The notes beneath the pieces are model-generated. The model was not told the origin of the DNA. It did not search any database and saw only the letters and a program-made list of their open reading frames with translations. The position numbers and the translations under genes were made by a program. A stretch of 64,000 bases of DNA from Camelus ferus (taxonomy: Eukaryota). Below are positions 1-12,864 of the stretch, in pieces (within the stretch, counting starts at the first letter, position 1; each line of letters starts with the position of its first letter). The stretch spans positions 94,552,001 to 94,616,000 of the forward strand of contig NC_045696.1 of assembly GCF_009834535.1 (NCBI RefSeq), in the 5' to 3' direction.

Positions 1-1766
1 GGAAGTTGTTGAAGGTGAGAGATGCATTCTGTCTCAGTGAAACAGTTTGATGTCAAATTTGGGGAGGTAGATAAAACAATGGATCTACTAAATTATCTTT
101 CATTATCTTGGTTGACTGAAATGCAGACCAGTTTCTAGGAATTTTCTTTTTGTCTGTTTCAAATGCCGTATTCTATTGAACACACATGAAAAATGCCTGG
201 GAAAACAGCAGAGACATGCACAATCCATAATAACAATAAAATAGAGCTACCTTATTGTGTTTAATTCGAAGCCCTCCTTTCGCATATTATTTGGTCCAGG
301 ATTTATTTGAAACCAGCCAGGGACTTGCTGAATTCCTCTCATGAATAAATTCCCAAGGCTCGGCATGAGCTGCAGGGCCCAGTCAGCTTTGTTCACAGCT
401 GAGCCTCCCAGTTCCCTCTGCCTTTAGCTACTGTTTAACACCAGCTGTTTGTTCTTTCTGGTCCTCCTCCTTCTCTGCCTCCTCCAGGTCTCATTTTAAA
501 AACCTACCCCATAGATACCCTTTTCAATCCCTGAGTTGCCTTGGCAACTCTCAAAGATAGGATAGCTCACAGCTTCCCAGTCTAATTCCATCACATCCCT
601 CAATTGGTTTTGTGAAGTTAAGCCTTTTATGAGCAGTCAGATATTCCTTAGAGCTGGAATCAGGGGTTGGCTCACTCTGAATTGTGTTTAGAGATCCTCA
701 CGGGGTGATTTCCTGTGTACCTCCTCCACGCGCTCTCCTTGCAAGGTGCCTTTCCCTCACACCAGGAAGCAGAACCAGATTGTTATACAACCCATTTCCA
801 TCCTTCCCTCCATTCTTTTTCACCTTTACCTGGAAGGTTTACATTTTTCAAGTCTTTTGGCTGCCCTGCCCTTTGGCATCTTCTAAAGGTTGGCAGGGTT
901 CCTTGGTTGGCAGTAATTATCAGGGTTGACAAGTTTTCAACTACAGGTCCTCAAATGAGAATCAAAATGTTCATGTCTGAAGCCAACTATTTCACTGTAT
1001 AGGGTGTTTGCAGAGAACACAGAGATAGATCATTCTTTACATTTTGAGAGGAGAAAATCACCTCTGGCCCACCTTTTCACCCAAGAAGTGCTACCACACA
1101 ACAGACGGTGCCGCCTGCCAACAAGGTCAGTCTAAATTACTTCATCTAGACTGGCTGAGGAAGGCTGCCCAGATGCAATTACCTGGCTCTTCTGATTTGT
1201 AGAAAGTTAGGCTAGCTTTGAAAAAATTAGGTGGGGACAAATTTTTGTCTTGATAATTTGACAGCCCTCTTTTGAAAATCTAGTTCTGATTTTTAAAGCA
1301 TTTAACATAATAAGGCATAGAAACAACTAAGAAGATTGTTTATTGCACAAAATATGTGAATTCACTAAGCATTTAACATCACACTGAAGACGGTTGTATA
1401 TAAAGAAACACCATCTTGAGCTGGCTTACTCTCTCATAAGACCAAATTGAATTAGATTTTTATCCTGTAATTTAGGCTGAATTAAACCAATAGTTGTCTA
1501 TTATACATTTACAATGAATGCAGAAGCAAGGCAATGAACATGGAATTGTTGTAAAGGAACAAATCACACCTACAATGTGACAGATGGAAACATTTTCTTG
1601 AGTATTAATTCAATTTGGAGTGGCCATTTTGGGGCTGTCACTGTTGTGATACAGCAGACACTGCCTCTACGAGTCTAATGGGAGTTGTGAATTTCACACT
1701 GAACATCTACCTTCTTTTTAACTTCTTTTTTTCAAAATACATGTACACTACATATTTTTTTCTCTC

Positions 1767-1905
1767 TTTTTTTTTTTTTTTTTTTTTTTTGTGGGGGAGG
1801 TAATTAAGCTTATTTATTTACTTTTTATTGGAGGTACTGGGGATTGAACCCAGGACCTAGTGCATGCTAAGCATGCGCTCTGCCACCGAGCTATACCCTC
1901 TACCC
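1767..1905 (-). mobile_element. tRNA-derived SINE, camelid Vic-1-like
   Basis: Reverse complement reads GGGTAGAGGGTATAGCTCGGTGGCAGAGCGCATGCTTAGCATGCACTAGGTCCTGGGTTCAATCCCCAGTACCTCC (pol III A/B boxes), then TAATTACCTCCCCC and a poly(A) tail (T-run 1767-1790). Confidence 0.9.
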
Positions 1906-3401
1906 TGCATGCTTTTGACAACGTGCTAAGCAGGCTGATCTAAGCAACATTTACTGCCTGCAGTGAATTTAGAGAAAAGAGACAGACCTCACGTCTTCAG
2001 TCTCTGAGGTGGTCATTCTGGAAAATTTTGCAATTCTGCTTTCCAACAATTTCTTAATCTTCAAAGAATTGAACACTTTGTAATTCTGTTGCCCTCACAA
2101 CTTGAAAACAACAAACATACAACGGATTCAACAAAAATGATCTGTGATCATACAGGATTTGTTTACTTGTTTTTAAAGCCATAAGCTCATGAAAGATTAT
2201 TTTTATTATGTCATGGCCTATGAGTGATAGTTTCATGAAATTTTGATATAAGACTGAGAAAAAACTGACATTGGCATTGTCCTGGAAAACCTAGCAAAAA
2301 ATTTTCCAGCCCATCTCTTAAGTCAAAACTGTAAGTCAGATACTTCAATTTACTGGTTTAATCGTAGGAGGGACATTCAAAGCATATCATAAGGGAAATA
2401 AAGTTGCTGAAATTTGCTTGTATACTAAGCAATCTCTGTTATAGCACCTTACAGATTATTTCAACAAATAGAATGGTCCTGAAACTGTCAGCATTACTGA
2501 AAAGTGTGGTCATATTTTCAGACAGTAGAATCATTGCCCATTCCTCTCTTATGTATTAATAATTACAGGAGCAGGTTTCTAAGGAGATAACGTTTATTGT
2601 TTCTGTACCAGCCTACCACATAAAAATGTTTCCTTATAATGCTGTCTAGGTGGCTCTTGGTAGCATCCACTTGTTTTTAAGACTGATTTACTGCCGGAAA
2701 CTCTTTCTCTGTGCCTCACTCCAGTCACTCTTTCTGTAATTTGTTCTTGTTATGTTTTCAGTGAAAGGAGAGGTTAGCAAGTTATTCTTCCTCGTATAGA
2801 ACTCAGCATGAATATGGCTGCTTTTATTTTGAAAGGCAAGTAACACTCCCTACCTGCTGGTTTGTTTCTTCCGTTGTATGTCCATGGAGAAAAATAGTTT
2901 TTTTTTTAAAGTGTAAGTCAAGTCTTTTATATTTACTGAAAATGCTATCCAATTTAGTTTGTTGCAAAGGACATAAACAAGACTTTGAAGTCTTTCTGAC
3001 ATGAAGAGATATAAATCTCTATTTTATGATGAGCTCTTCAGTCCCTCTTGCTTATGTTTCCAAAGTAATAAAACAAAACAAAACATCCTTGCAAATAGCT
3101 TCTAACCTGAATATACATTTTTGCCACCCGTTACTCCAGTGAAGCCATTTATCATAATTAAAGATTGAAATTCCAGTGGGGTTTCTTTATGAAAGTGAAT
3201 TAACTTTACAAAAACATCCTTAAGGAATTGTTCGAGGCTCCCTAGTTGTGTTAATGAGGTCATTTTTTTCTGTTAACATTTGGTGCAAACATGCCTTTAT
3301 CTTAGTCTTCTCCATTTCCACGTCAGGGACGGAGTTGCCCCAGCCCAAACAGAGCCACAATCCTTGCTGACTTCTCTCCTCGGGCCTCATATCGAAATCC
3401 A

Positions 3402-3580
3402 AACAACCGGTTCATACTATATAGCACAGGGAACTCTATTCATTATCTTGTAGTAATTTATGGTGAAAGGAATATGAAAATGAGTATATGTATGTTCCTA
3501 TATGACTGAAACATTGTGCTGTACACCAGAAATTGACAATGTTGTAAACTGACCATACTTCAATTAAAAAAAAAAAAAAA
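3402..3580 (+). mobile_element. 5'-truncated L1 3' end
   Basis: ATAGCACAGGGAACT...TGTACACCAGAAATTGAC...CTTCAATT plus poly(A), shared with other L1 tails in the window; AAATCCA on both flanks (likely TSD). Confidence 0.85.
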
Positions 3581-4262
3581 TCCAGCAGCAAGGCCTGTCC
3601 CCAGTACCTCTGATCACTTTTTACCACCTTCACTCTTACCGTCTTGGTCCTGTAACAGCATCCCCTCTCTCAGCTTTCCTACGGTCTATTCTCCACTCAG
3701 CACTCAAAGGGGTCTTTAAAAAATGTCAGTCAGACCATGCCCTTTCCTCTGCTTTAAAACAGACCAATGGCTTCCTATCAAGCGTAAAACAGGCTCCATA
3801 TTCTTGACCATGGCCATCACGACCTGGCCGCGCCTGCCCCTCCATGCTCGCCTCTAACCACAGCCCTCCGTGCTCACTTAAGCTGGGCCACCGTGGCTTC
3901 TCACTCATCCTCTCCTCGCACACTCAGATCATGGGCCCCTGGGCCTTTTTCTCATACTTCCTTCTGCCAAGAAGGCTCTTCGCGACCACTGCTTATTGCC
4001 ATACCTCACCGTGCACCAGATACCACCTCCTCAGAGAGGTTGTTCCTGAACATTTTCTTTATCCTCCCTCACTTACTGAACTGTTTGTGTAACGTTTATT
4101 GCCATAGGAACTACGTTTTTTTTTTCCCTCGTCTGCTTCTCTTACTAAAATGGAAGTTTCATAAGCGCATAGACTTAGAATATTTTACTTCTGTATCCTA
4201 CAACAGTCAAGCAGAATCTGTTACCTAGGAAGCATTCAGTAAGTGTTTGTTGACTGAATAAA
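3581..4262 (+). mobile_element. L2 LINE remnant (3' part)
   Basis: L2-like text (TCAGACCATGCCCTTTCCTCTGCTTTAAAAC...; CATTCAGTAAGTGTTTGTTGACTGAATAAA terminus); boundaries approximate. Confidence 0.75.
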
Positions 4263-4525
4263 CAGATGAGAACTTACCCTTTCAAAGATGGGTTCCACTT
4301 TTAAAATCCCATTCACTTGTTTACTGTGTCTTTCTTATTTACCTCATGTCTCTAAGAAACAAAAAAATTACTCTTGATTTACCCTAAAATATTTCTGTTA
4401 GCACTGTTAAGAGAAGAGAAGTGAGCATTTGGAAAAAGCTACCTAATTTGTAGTGTAAAACAAAGTAATGTACAATCAGAAGTTTTATATAAAAAACAAA
4501 TCACATTTTGAAGTAGGGTTCCTTC

Positions 4526-5048
4526 TGGAAACAGCCTAAATGTGCATCAACAGATGACTGGATAAAGATGATATGGTATATTTATACAATGGAATACTAT
4601 TCAGCCATAAAAACTGACAACATAACGCCATTTGCAGCAACATGGATGCTCCTGGAGAATGTCATTCTAAGTGAATTAAGCCAGAAAGAGAAAGAAAAAT
4701 ACCATATGAGATCACTCATATGTGGAATATAAAACAAACAAACAAACAAAGCATAAATACAAAACAGAAATAGACTCATAGATATAGAATACAAACTTGT
4801 GGTTGCCAAGGGGGCAGGGGGTGGGAAGGGATAGACAGGGATTTCAAAATTGTCGAATAGATAAACAAGATTATACTGTATAGCACAGGGAAATATATTC
4901 AAGATCTTATGGTAGCTCACAGAGAAAAAAATGTGACAATGAATATATATATATTCATGTATAACTGAGAAATTGTGCTCTACACTGGAATTTGACACAT
5001 TGTAAAATGATTATAAATCAGTAAAAAATGTTAAAAAAAAGAAAAAAA
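4526..5048 (+). mobile_element. 5'-truncated L1: ORF2 C-terminus, 3' UTR and A-tail
   Basis: Translates WKQPKCASTDDWIKMIWYIYTMEYYSAIKTDNITPFAATWMLLENVILSELSQKEKEKYHMRSLICGI*, the L1 ORF2 C-terminus, followed by 3' UTR and an A-rich tail. Confidence 0.92.
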
Positions 5049-5796
5049 TCATAGTATTTCTTATGTATTAGGTTAATTTCCATTATTCAAATAAATCTAA
5101 GTCTCAAAATCCCCACTTAGAGGTGTTTAAAAAATCTCCCTTTGATATTGACTTTAAGGCCATTTCTCTTTGGTAGTTTAAATTCAATAATTATGTCATT
5201 TGTCATCACCAAGAATGTTTTAAATTAGATATCCTATTAGTAATATGACAATCTAAAAATTGATGAATGTCAGTGACAAATAATTCTGATGTCATTTTTC
5301 TTTAATACACTCATTAGGGACCATCTATAAATCCCAGAAAAAGTCTCAGAGAGCCCTAGATAAATAGTGTATTCTCCCCCGATGGCAAAAAACTGATCAA
5401 AATTCTAGGCAGGTTGAGGCTTATTTTTCCTTTATCTGAATTGATCAGTCTGTTATTGTGAGCTTAAATCAAGGCACTTTGCCTGAGTTTTCCAGCACAA
5501 TCATTATTGTAAATTTAATATGCAGAAAATGGTTTGAAGGGACCTAAAGTGACAAAACAATATAGGATCTTTTTGACCTAAAACTCTGGTTTATTAAGAA
5601 TTTAAGTTGTGATAATAACAATGAAAATAATAAAAGTAATAATGTTTAGTTTTTGGGTACAATTAGGAAGAAAACATACTAAATTTAGTGGTTGCTCTAG
5701 TGCTCTGTCTCTGTGTTATAATTTTCACCCCCTAATAAATTAATGACTTGAAGTATTTTCTTTTCATCAGTGCATCCTGGCCTGATAACTATAAAT

Positions 5797-6081
5797 CAGC
5801 ATTCTCCCAAGTGTGCTCTGCAGAATGTTAACCTTCGAATGTTTAAAGATATTTTGCAAATAATGACAATATTAATGATGATGATGATGATTAAGTTCCT
5901 TATTGGGAAAGATTGAGCTAATCAAAATTTAGTCTCTTTGCTGCAGGACTTCTCAGAGCCTTGAATATGCTAAAATAAATTGTACATTTCCAAGAGGAAT
6001 TAGATATCAATCTCCCAAATTATCTGACCACTGAACCATTATTTTAAGGAATATCTTTTGGATAAATGTTTCAGAAAACTG
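5797..6081 (+). mobile_element. MER103C-like hAT-Charlie DNA transposon remnant
   Basis: Core CTGCAGGACTTCTCAGAGCCTTGAATATGCTAA and degenerate CAG...CTG termini. Confidence 0.7.
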
Positions 6082-6394
6082 CTTCTGTAATTCATTATCT
6101 GCACACTTTTGCTATTTAGTTGTGACATTTCTTGGATGGTAGGGCTTTCCCATCGACTTTGTGGACAGTGATTTCAGGAGAAATGTGGTGATCATAACTG
6201 GTCTCTTCTACCTTCTACTTGACCTCTGAAATTCCAGTGCTTCATCATCTATTATTCATTGTTAAATATTATTCATTATTAAACAATAACTCAGTTATGT
6301 GGTCCCAGACCTTCTTAGTGACAAATCCGAAGTACTCTTTCCTTCCTTTATCCCATTTAATGTGGGGGTGTTGGGGGGTGGGACAGGTATCTGG

Positions 6395-7707
6395 TGCAAT
6401 TGATCCCTCACTTATTGCTTGAAATTCTTTAATTCTTGGTTCTTCTACTTCTTTGAGACTTTTCTCTGTTTTCTGTACAATTCCATTTTCTCTGCTCCTT
6501 ATATGTGCATCCAATTTTTGCTAGCCTTTTCTTTCTCTGCATTCTCTCCCTGTCTTATTCATATTTATCCCTTCAAATGCCATTATATACTGATGGCTCA
6601 CAAAGCTAAATCTGAGATCTGATTGCCCACAAAACCTCTCCACTTGAATGTGTAACTTCCAATTAACAGCCCTCTTCACTATAGTGTCTAAAGAAACTTC
6701 AAATTTAAGTTGCAAAAAACTTGATTCATCATCACCCCACCCACCACTTAACAAACTTCCTAATCTTCACTGAGTGTTGAGTTCACAAAAATTATCATGG
6801 AAGATAGTGTGATATGGGGGGGGGGGGGACATTTAGCTTGGAGACAGATTGCTGGAGTTCCAGTTACATGGCTTCATTAATAACTTACATAACCCTGGGT
6901 AAATCAGTTCACAATTCTGGATCTCAGTTCTTTCATGTATAGAACATTAGATAATCCTCTACTTCTTTGTTGTCATCTTTCACTGAGTCTATTATCTACC
7001 TTCATCCTTGGAAGATTTTTAGCTCCTGGCTCAATGGCACTCTATCCAACACTATCCTTGGTGATTTAATACATTTGTATTAGCCTTCCAACATCCTTAT
7101 CACTTAATTCTCAGAATTCCTTTACTCCAATGGTCACATCCTTAAATACCTCAGCCACTTGCTCCCTAGGTTGAATCGTAGACCTTGTCACTACAAATAC
7201 ACAACCCCTCTAAAAATCTGAATTCCAAGCACTCATTCGTGTATCTTACTCCCTCCTCAGTTCTTCAGCTGCACTGAGACCTACAATCCACTGATCCAAA
7301 TGCTTTTCCTAGGGCATTCCTCTCTGTCCTCCCCTCCAAAAAAAAAAAAAAAAAAAATTACTTATCATCTGAGAAGACTCAATTCCATGGCCAAGTCCAA
7401 TGGTATCCCCTTGAACCCACCCTGAACTCCCTTATCCTTCTCTTTTTTGTACTCATTTGGCTACACCCCTACCCTGGATAAATTCAGTTCTTCCCTTGAC
7501 TCATTAATTGCTTTGATGCAGGTAACGTTGCTGGAGGAAAACATACAATTATCTAATATGTTAATTACCTATCTCCCCTTATTGGAATGTAAACTCTATG
7601 TGGGGAGGAGTTTTTTTTTCTACTGTGTTAAATGATATATGCCCGGCATCTAGAACAGTGCTTTTCATCCAGTAAGTACTTAATAAACACCTGATGAATG
7701 AATAAAT
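6395..7707 (+). mobile_element. L2 remnant(s) interrupted by a MIR (~6800-6965)
   Basis: L2-like internal sequence and terminus TAATAAACACCTGATGAATGAATAAAT; MIR core-like GGATCTCAGTTCTTTCATGTATAGAA near 6920. Confidence 0.6.
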
Positions 7708-8635
7708 CAAGCATATGTGCTCATAATTCACACATTTCATGGACTCAGCCTGTGAGTATGTAAAAACCCATTTCTTCCACTGTAAAGAGCCCATATATTT
7801 GGGAGAGGCATGTCCAGCTTTCAAAAGGATTGATTAGTGAATTCTTTGTATTTCTCTTCAAAGCAGCCCTAAGCATATTTGCAAATTATTTAATCTAAAG
7901 TTAATATTTTCACTTTGATTTTGGAGCTTTTATATCAAATATGTGATGATTTGCAGGAACCATGGCATTTTCCTGCCTTAAAGCTTTGAAATAATTGTAT
8001 CTTTAACTAATTCATTATTGTAACAGGGGAAGTTTAGGCTAGAACGTTACAATATTCATGTTTTAATGATGAGAGGCGGCCAGCAAGATTCCAGCATCCA
8101 TAGCAGCATGAAGTTCTTCTTTTCATCTCTTAAGTGTCCAAAGGTGATCATTACTTTTCTTTACATTATTATATCAGAGTTTATCACAGAGGTAAAGCAC
8201 ATGTTCTAGCATTCAAGTGAGGTGAAGATATTTAAGGCAGAAATAGACACAGTTACCACTGAACCCCACCCCCACCCCCAGGGAACTTCCTCCTCCCCCA
8301 AATGAAGGAATTTATAGCTCTGTTCAGAAGCAAAGAGATTATAAACAAAAATCAAAATATTACTTGCTAATTAAAACTTTCAACTAGTTGGGAGGGAAAA
8401 CAACTATGATATGCAATCTTAGTCATTAAAATGATGCCATAAAATCTTAGGGAAGTAATTGGAGTATCAGTGAGATCCAGACAAGTCCTAAGACGTTCAG
8501 CCTCACTGAAAGAAATTTTTTAGGCAACAGAATTTACAAAAGAGGGATAATGAAAGAGATAGAGACCCAAAGACAACACAGCAAAAGTTCATGTGAGAGT
8601 GCTAGATCTTTTTTAAAAAGGGAAGTTATATTGTT

Positions 8636-8795
8636 TTCACTATTTTTACATAGATTTAAAATATTTCATAATTAGAATAACTAAGGTTAAAAAAGAGAAA
8701 TCATGAGATGGATTTAAAGAGATGATAAACTGTAGGATTAAAGGGCTTGAAGTCTAAGTTCTGCTTAAAGCTGTTTTGTCGTATGTGACTTGTTA
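8636..8795 (+). repeat. 160-bp local duplication, copy 1 (copy 2 at 10027-10186)
   Basis: Read base by base: identical to 10027-10186 except G8763 vs A10154. Confidence 0.95.
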
Positions 8796-8882
8796 GTTGT
8801 GTTAATTAACAGATGACTAGGAAAGGGCTCACCAAACAATCTATCCCCCAAAACTATTTTTATCTACTTATAAAATCTTTTC

Positions 8883-9011
8883 TGCATGCTTAGCATGCAC
8901 AAGGTCCTGAGTTCAATACCCAGTACCTCCATCAAAAGTAAGTAAGTAAACCTAATTACCCGCCCCCCCCAAAAAAAGATCAAAAAAAAAAAAAAAAAAA
9001 AGAAAGAAAGA
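8883..9011 (+). mobile_element. 5'-truncated Vic-1-like SINE
   Basis: GCATGCTTAGCATGCACAAGGTCCTGAGTTCAATACCCAGTACCTCC...CCTAATTACC plus A-tail; TSD AAAA(T/C)CTTTTC at 8872-8882 and 9012-9022. Confidence 0.88.
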
Positions 9012-9239
9012 AAAACCTTTTCACGTATCTGTGACCTAAAACTAATTCTTTGATGTTACTGGGTGCCATGTACTTAAGGAAAACTGGCTCTTATTTTGTA
9101 GGAACCAGTAGTCCATTGATTTTTATGTTACATCTATGATAAGACTCACCAATCTTATAGTTTTCATTTCCCCTTCCATTCTGCCAAAATAATTACCACA
9201 GCAGCAACATAAATAATAATAACAGCAACAACACCTGTC

Positions 9240-9420
9240 ATACCAAGAACTGTCCTAAATACGACATATTTAATGTATTTAGTCCTCATATCAATCTTAT
9301 GAAGTGGATACTGTTAGTATCCTTTTCTTACAGTTCAGAAAGCTGAGTTACAGGGAGATAAGAAATTTGCTCAGGATCATAGCTGGTCCCAGGTTTTGTG
9401 CTCTTAAATGTTATACTGCC
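9240..9420 (-). mobile_element. MIR remnant
   Basis: TTTAGTCCTCATATCAATCTTATGAAGTGGATACTGTTAGTATCC...GCTGAG resembles the antisense MIR core. Confidence 0.65.
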
Positions 9421-9882
9421 TTTCGATCATGGCTCTAGAAAGTTAAGGAGTTTTTATTTACTATACACTATAATTTATTTATGCTCTAAATAGTTATTCT
9501 GTTTCACTCAGGTAGGTGTTAGGGATTTTAGTGAACCCAGGAAGAGAGAATTAAATAAGCAATAACACGAGATAAGAGTTATGGTGCTGGAAGTATCAGG
9601 ACTTGTCAGGAACAGCAAGAAGAGCTAAGCCAGTGTAAGGAGAATATGATTTCTTGCCAAAGACAGAATTCATCCAAATGACAAAAAAGGCAGAGAGTCC
9701 ACTATTCCATGCTGGTGACAGTGAGCTCTGAATGAGTGAAGCAAGAGAAAAGGTGGCCAGAGGGTGACTATGCATCAAACTCCAACCAAAGATAAAGAAA
9801 TCACAAAGTATAAAAGCCAGCTAAGAGCATGCCATTTCCCCAGGGTCCTTGCAGGAAGTCAGGGCAAATTCAGATTTCTTAT

Positions 9883-10026
9883 TGTGGTGGACACAGAGAT
9901 GTACTGCCCAGAATCCCCTCCACAGAAGGACCTGCTGCCCAACTGTGTGAGGTCAGCAAAGGTCCAGCCATCAACTCCTTCCAGTCTGCCCCAGCTGTAA
10001 AGGATGACCTTCCCTAAATCACCTCC
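9883..10026 (+). mobile_element. LTR16-like (ERVL) LTR, 5' fragment truncated at the duplicated segment
   Basis: TGTGGTGGACACAGAGATGTACTGCCCAGAATCCCC... resembles the LTR16 5' end; stops abruptly at 10026. Confidence 0.55.
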
Positions 10027-10186
10027 TTCACTATTTTTACATAGATTTAAAATATTTCATAATTAGAATAACTAAGGTTAAAAAAGAGAAATCATGAGAT
10101 GGATTTAAAGAGATGATAAACTGTAGGATTAAAGGGCTTGAAGTCTAAGTTCTACTTAAAGCTGTTTTGTCGTATGTGACTTGTTA
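10027..10186 (+). repeat. 160-bp local duplication, copy 2
   Basis: 159/160 identical to 8636-8795; offset 1391 bp. Confidence 0.95.
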
Positions 10187-10232
10187 TAATTATTAGATAA
10201 TTATTCCAAGATGAAAATAAGTGTAATTTTAT

Positions 10233-10758
10233 AGTCAAGACATGAAACAACCTAAAAGTCAATTGACAGATGACTAGATAAAGAAGTTGTGGTATATTTA
10301 TACAATGGAATATTACTTAGCCATAAAAAAGAATAAAATAATGCCATTTGCAGCAACATGGATGGACCTAAAGATTGTCATTCTAAGTGAAGCAAGCCAG
10401 AAAGAAAGAAAAATACCATATATCACTCATATGTAGAATCTAAAAAAAAAAAAAAAAAGACAAATGAACTTATTTACAAAACAGAAACAGATTCACAGAC
10501 ATAGAAAAACTTATGGTTACCAAGGGGAAAGGGGATGGGAAAGGATAAATGGGGAGTTTGAGATTTGCAGATGCTGACTACTATATATAAAATAGATAAA
10601 CAAAAAGTTTATATTGTATAGCACAGGGAACTATATTCAATATCTTGTAGTAATGTATAATTAAAAAATATGAAAATATATGTATGACTGAAACATGCTG
10701 TGCATCAGAAATTGACACAACATTGTAAACTGACTATACTTCAATAAAAAAAGTGAAA
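10233..10758 (+). mobile_element. 5'-truncated L1 (ORF2 C-terminus and 3' UTR)
   Basis: GGTATATTTATACAATGGAATATTACTTAGCC, GCCATTTGCAGCAACATGGATGGACC and 3' UTR; TSD AAGTGTA(A/G)TTTTAT at 10219-10232 and 10759-10772. Confidence 0.92.
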
Positions 10759-12864
10759 AAGTGTAGTTTTATTTTATATTAAAAGCAAGTAAACTCAGGT
10801 AATTTTCTTCAGTTTCTGGATTTTGATTTAGACAATCTGTTTGGATCAGATTACATTATGTGTATCTAAATCACACATGTATGTGAAATACCTAACAGTC
10901 TCCTGTCCTTTAATGATTATTTTGACATTTTTGTAAAAGTAATTTCTTGATATTGAGATTTTCTGTTTCAATGCTTGCCAAAAAGGAGTTGATTTATGAA
11001 CATCCATGAACACATAGTTTACCTGAGCACAAATCCCCAAGGCTCCCATTGAAAAAACACCCAGATTTGTTTGTCACAGCTATCTTGTCCTCTGTTTCTT
11101 GTTTGGAGGTGACAGAAGTCAAGGCCCCCTGCCTCCTTTTGCCTCATTTCCAGTAGCTTTCCCCATCCCAACTTATCCTCATTCTAAATTGTTCCCTCTG
11201 AACTCATCATCATGAAATCAGCACTGTGTCTAAACTTATACAGTGAAAAACAAAAGTGAGAGAAGACAGAAAATAAATGAATAGAAATCCAGGAAATTAT
11301 TATCCAAGGAAGGAGTAGAAGGGACTAGTAAAAAGCAAAAGCAGATAGATGTTAAGTGTAGCCGGGTTTTTTGGAACAGTTCAAGAACAAATCAAAACTC
11401 CCCCAAATCTCCAGGATCTATAATGATTTACCATAATTATTTTCTGAACGTAAACAAGAAGCAATCACTTATGTTTACAGCCAGACATCTAGTTTCAGCA
11501 AATTTGGATTTTCCCCCATTTCTCTCTCAGAAATCACCCAAAAACAGCAAGTAAAGGAAGAAACAAAATGCAAACTCCATGTTTAAAAATAAATAAAACC
11601 CCAAATCAGTACACAAGTGGAAGGGCTACTAAAAACAGTGAAGATCAAATAGGCATGAAGGAAGATGTGAAAGGAAAATGTCTAATGTCCCATATTCTCA
11701 GAAAATAGGGCAGAACTCATTCACTCTTCCCAAAAAAACCCAAAAACAAACAAACAAAAATCCTACATGATTTAGCTACATTTTTCTCTGACTTTCTATT
11801 TAGGCTAAATGAGACTTGAGATCTGGATGAAAAATCAAAGTTATTAAAATTTGTTTAGACTTAAAATTAACCATGTCTCTAGCTCAAAACAAAAAATAAG
11901 AAGTGGCTAAGTATAGAGAGCTATATTGCAAAATTACTCTTTTTTTTTTCTAATCAACTAAATAATGTCCTGTAAAACTATAAGACATACGAAATCCTAG
12001 GAAAAATATGAAGAAGTTAGCTTGCTTTTATATTATTAATCTTTACCTCTTTCATACAGGAGATGAGAAAAAGGAGGCTTACTATTTTGTAAACATTCTG
12101 ATAGGTGTCGCGTTTTATGTATCCCATTGTTTGGAGAGTCACCTTGATAGGAACCGTTGAACTGAACACTGGCCTCCTCCAGCCACTGTTACCGTGCTGT
12201 GGTATTAATACAGTTCAAAGCTTGAGTTCAATGCCTCAATGTGCCCAGAAACTTTACTGAGAGGAAAACTCTCCTGTTTTCAGACTAAGCTACCAAATCA
12301 GCCATTTTATAAACCAACAAATGAAACTGAGCGACCATCTCTGCTGCTGAAGAGTGAATCCATATAATAACAACAAATAATTAGGTAGATAACACTGATG
12401 TGGACAAAGCTTTGGTGTGGTTCCAACTTTGCTGTATTAATGAATCCCCTCAAGAAAGGCTAATAAGGTGACAAGCCAGCCTGCCAGTTCTACCATGACT
12501 CACGCCCATACTGCCTTTCTCGGATATATTTAAAATACGGCTAGCTTGTATGTTTTTTATTTCCCCAAAATACTACATTAAAATAGAGTTAGAAAATCAA
12601 GGATATTAAATCATTTTTCTAAGCCCTCGAGCAACAATGCTTTTAGGATTTATATTAAATCATATTTCCAACAACCACTTCATAATAACCAGCACTTTAG
12701 AAACAAGAGATCAATATGCCTGTACTCCAAAAGAATCACATTGATAAATGCTTTTTAAATTAACAACCAGAAAAAAAAAAGCCCAACTTGAATATGGTTT
12801 CTAATTATTTGGGAACCCAAAGCTGATTATATTTTTTTAATAAGTTTTACTGCCTAAAATACCG

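Noticed and set aside
1830..1905. tRNA-like sequences here and at 15426, 24028, 41540 and 47795 as tRNA genes
   Set aside because: Each continues into the same SINE body and A-tail, several have TSDs, and the copies are mutually diverged: SINE heads, not tRNA genes
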